In this document: positions 63,292 through 64,000 of the stretch, in pieces
How the letters are laid out: each line of letters starts with the position of its first letter
Position numbering within the stretch: position 1 is the first letter of the stretch
DNA from: Sphaerochaetaceae bacterium
GTDB lineage: Bacteria; Spirochaetota; Spirochaetia; Sphaerochaetales; Sphaerochaetaceae
Assembly: GCA_050950025.1 (NCBI GenBank)
Contig: JBMNGW010000009.1
Location: 10,145 to 74,144, forward strand
Length of the DNA stretch: 64,000 nt
Reading direction: 5' to 3'
Notes under the pieces: model-generated
Told to the model about the DNA's origin: nothing
The model's database searches: none
The model's input: the letters and a program-made list of their open reading frames with translations, nothing else
Position numbers and translations under genes: made by a program

Positions 63292-64000
63292 GCAGCAGAT
63301 CTGAATCGAGTACTCGTATTTGGCGACGATAAATACGGCGATACAAGCCAATGCTCATCGTCACAGAGACAATTTCTGAAATGATGAACGTGTACCAAAT
63401 AGCGTTCAATCCAAAAAGAATTGAAAGCAGGAAAGCTACAGGCAACAGAACACCCAACTGACGCACGACCGAAAGAAGCAGACTGTACGTCCCTTTGCCC
63501 ATCGCCTGAAACGAAGAGCTGAGCATAATAGCCACAGCGGCAATGGGGAAATGGAGACTAATACGCCGCAGAGCTCCCGAACCGATGAGCATCATCTCTT
63601 CTGAAGCGTCAAACAGTGAAAGAAGCAGGCGGGGGAAAAGCTGGAAGACCAACATCCCTGCACTCATAACAATAAAAGCAATGATTGTCCCCGCCTTGAT
63701 AGTCCCGGTGATGCGATGTCGATTCTTAGCTCCATAGTTATAACCCACAATGGAAATCATAGCCGACACCAGCCCAAAGACTGGCATAAAAATAAAGCTT
63801 TGCAACTTGAAGTAGACACCGAAAACGGCAACGGCAGTGGCAGTGAAAGAGATGAGAATGGTATTCATTCCCACAGTCATCACCGAACCGATTGATTGCA
63901 TAATAATGGAGGGTAACCCCACTTCATAGATTTCAAAGATAATGATTTTATTGGGCCTGAAGCGTTTAAATATAAGATTCAGTTCTTTTGTTTTGCTTAG
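63278..64000 (-). CDS. MATE-family efflux transporter, C-terminal part (gene runs off the right edge)
   Basis: The minus-strand reading frame is open from 64000 down to the stop at 63278 (...RFRPNKIIIFEIYEVGLPSIIMQSIGSVMT...). The track ORF starts only at an internal GTG. Confidence 0.8.
   Translation of the reverse strand, partial: LSKTKELNLIFKRFRPNKIIIFEIYEVGLPSIIMQSIGSVMTVGMNTILISFTATAVAVFGVYFKLQSFIFMPVFGLVSAMISIVGYNYGAKNRHRITGTIKAGTIIAFIVMSAGMLVFQLFPRLLLSLFDASEEMMLIGSGALRRISLHFPIAAVAIMLSSSFQAMGKGTYSLLLSVVRQLGVLLPVAFLLSILFGLNAIWYTFIISEIVSVTMSIGLYRRIYRRQIRVLDSDLLLSQE

Overview
This 64-kb chromosomal segment is mostly housekeeping and gene-dense. The gene content looks spirochaete-like (P13-type porin-like protein, 594-aa AlaRS lacking the C-Ala domain, class II PurE, TopA with GxYGPY C-terminal repeats), but taxonomy is only a guess.

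Left to right:
- argC-argJ-argB-argD operon on the minus strand.
- Nim/PNPOx-like gene and a cupin gene.
- Seven-gene purine operon: purL, purM, purQ~purS~purS, purC, purE, purF, purD~purN.
- tRNA-Leu(CAA), mltG and miscellaneous genes, including thrH and a frameshifted Gfo/Idh/MocA pseudogene.
- nagB, then a lone 906-aa SF1 helicase-nuclease gene, then mnmA and tRNA-Asp(GTC).
- A gene-free, repeat-rich region of about 960 bp.
- An Fe/B12-type ABC transporter, an AbiEi-like orphan, topA, ychF and hflX.
- OPT transporter and rlmN, flanked by two paralogous small OMP-like genes.
- alaS and dprA.
- A hipB-hipS-hipT tripartite toxin-antitoxin module next to tRNA-Phe(GAA).
- birA with a BirA operator and bioY-bioM-bioN.
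- nfnAB-like genes and a truncated MATE gene at the right edge.

The most unusual signal is in the purine operon. Both glutamine amidotransferase components appear to have lost their glutaminase catalytic residues. In PurQ the Cys, His and Glu of the triad read Asn, Gln and Lys. In PurF, Cys1, the oxyanion Asn and the Asp read Ser, Ser and Cys. PurQ is also fused to two PurS-like repeats, and PurD is fused to PurN. This suggests an ammonia-dependent or otherwise rewired purine pathway.

Other candidates worth a second look:
- The lone helicase-PD-(D/E)xK nuclease gene, a possible single-gene defence system.
- The HipBST module, with three operator palindromes spaced exactly 40 bp apart and a probable leaderless promoter.
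- The tandem-repeat region upstream of tRNA-Asp.
- A DEAD-box-like protein with degenerate catalytic motifs but an intact DbpA RNA-binding domain.
- A 5'-nucleotidase-like lipoprotein with all metal-binding motifs degenerate.

All calls come from reading the sequence and ORF translations by eye. No database search was run.
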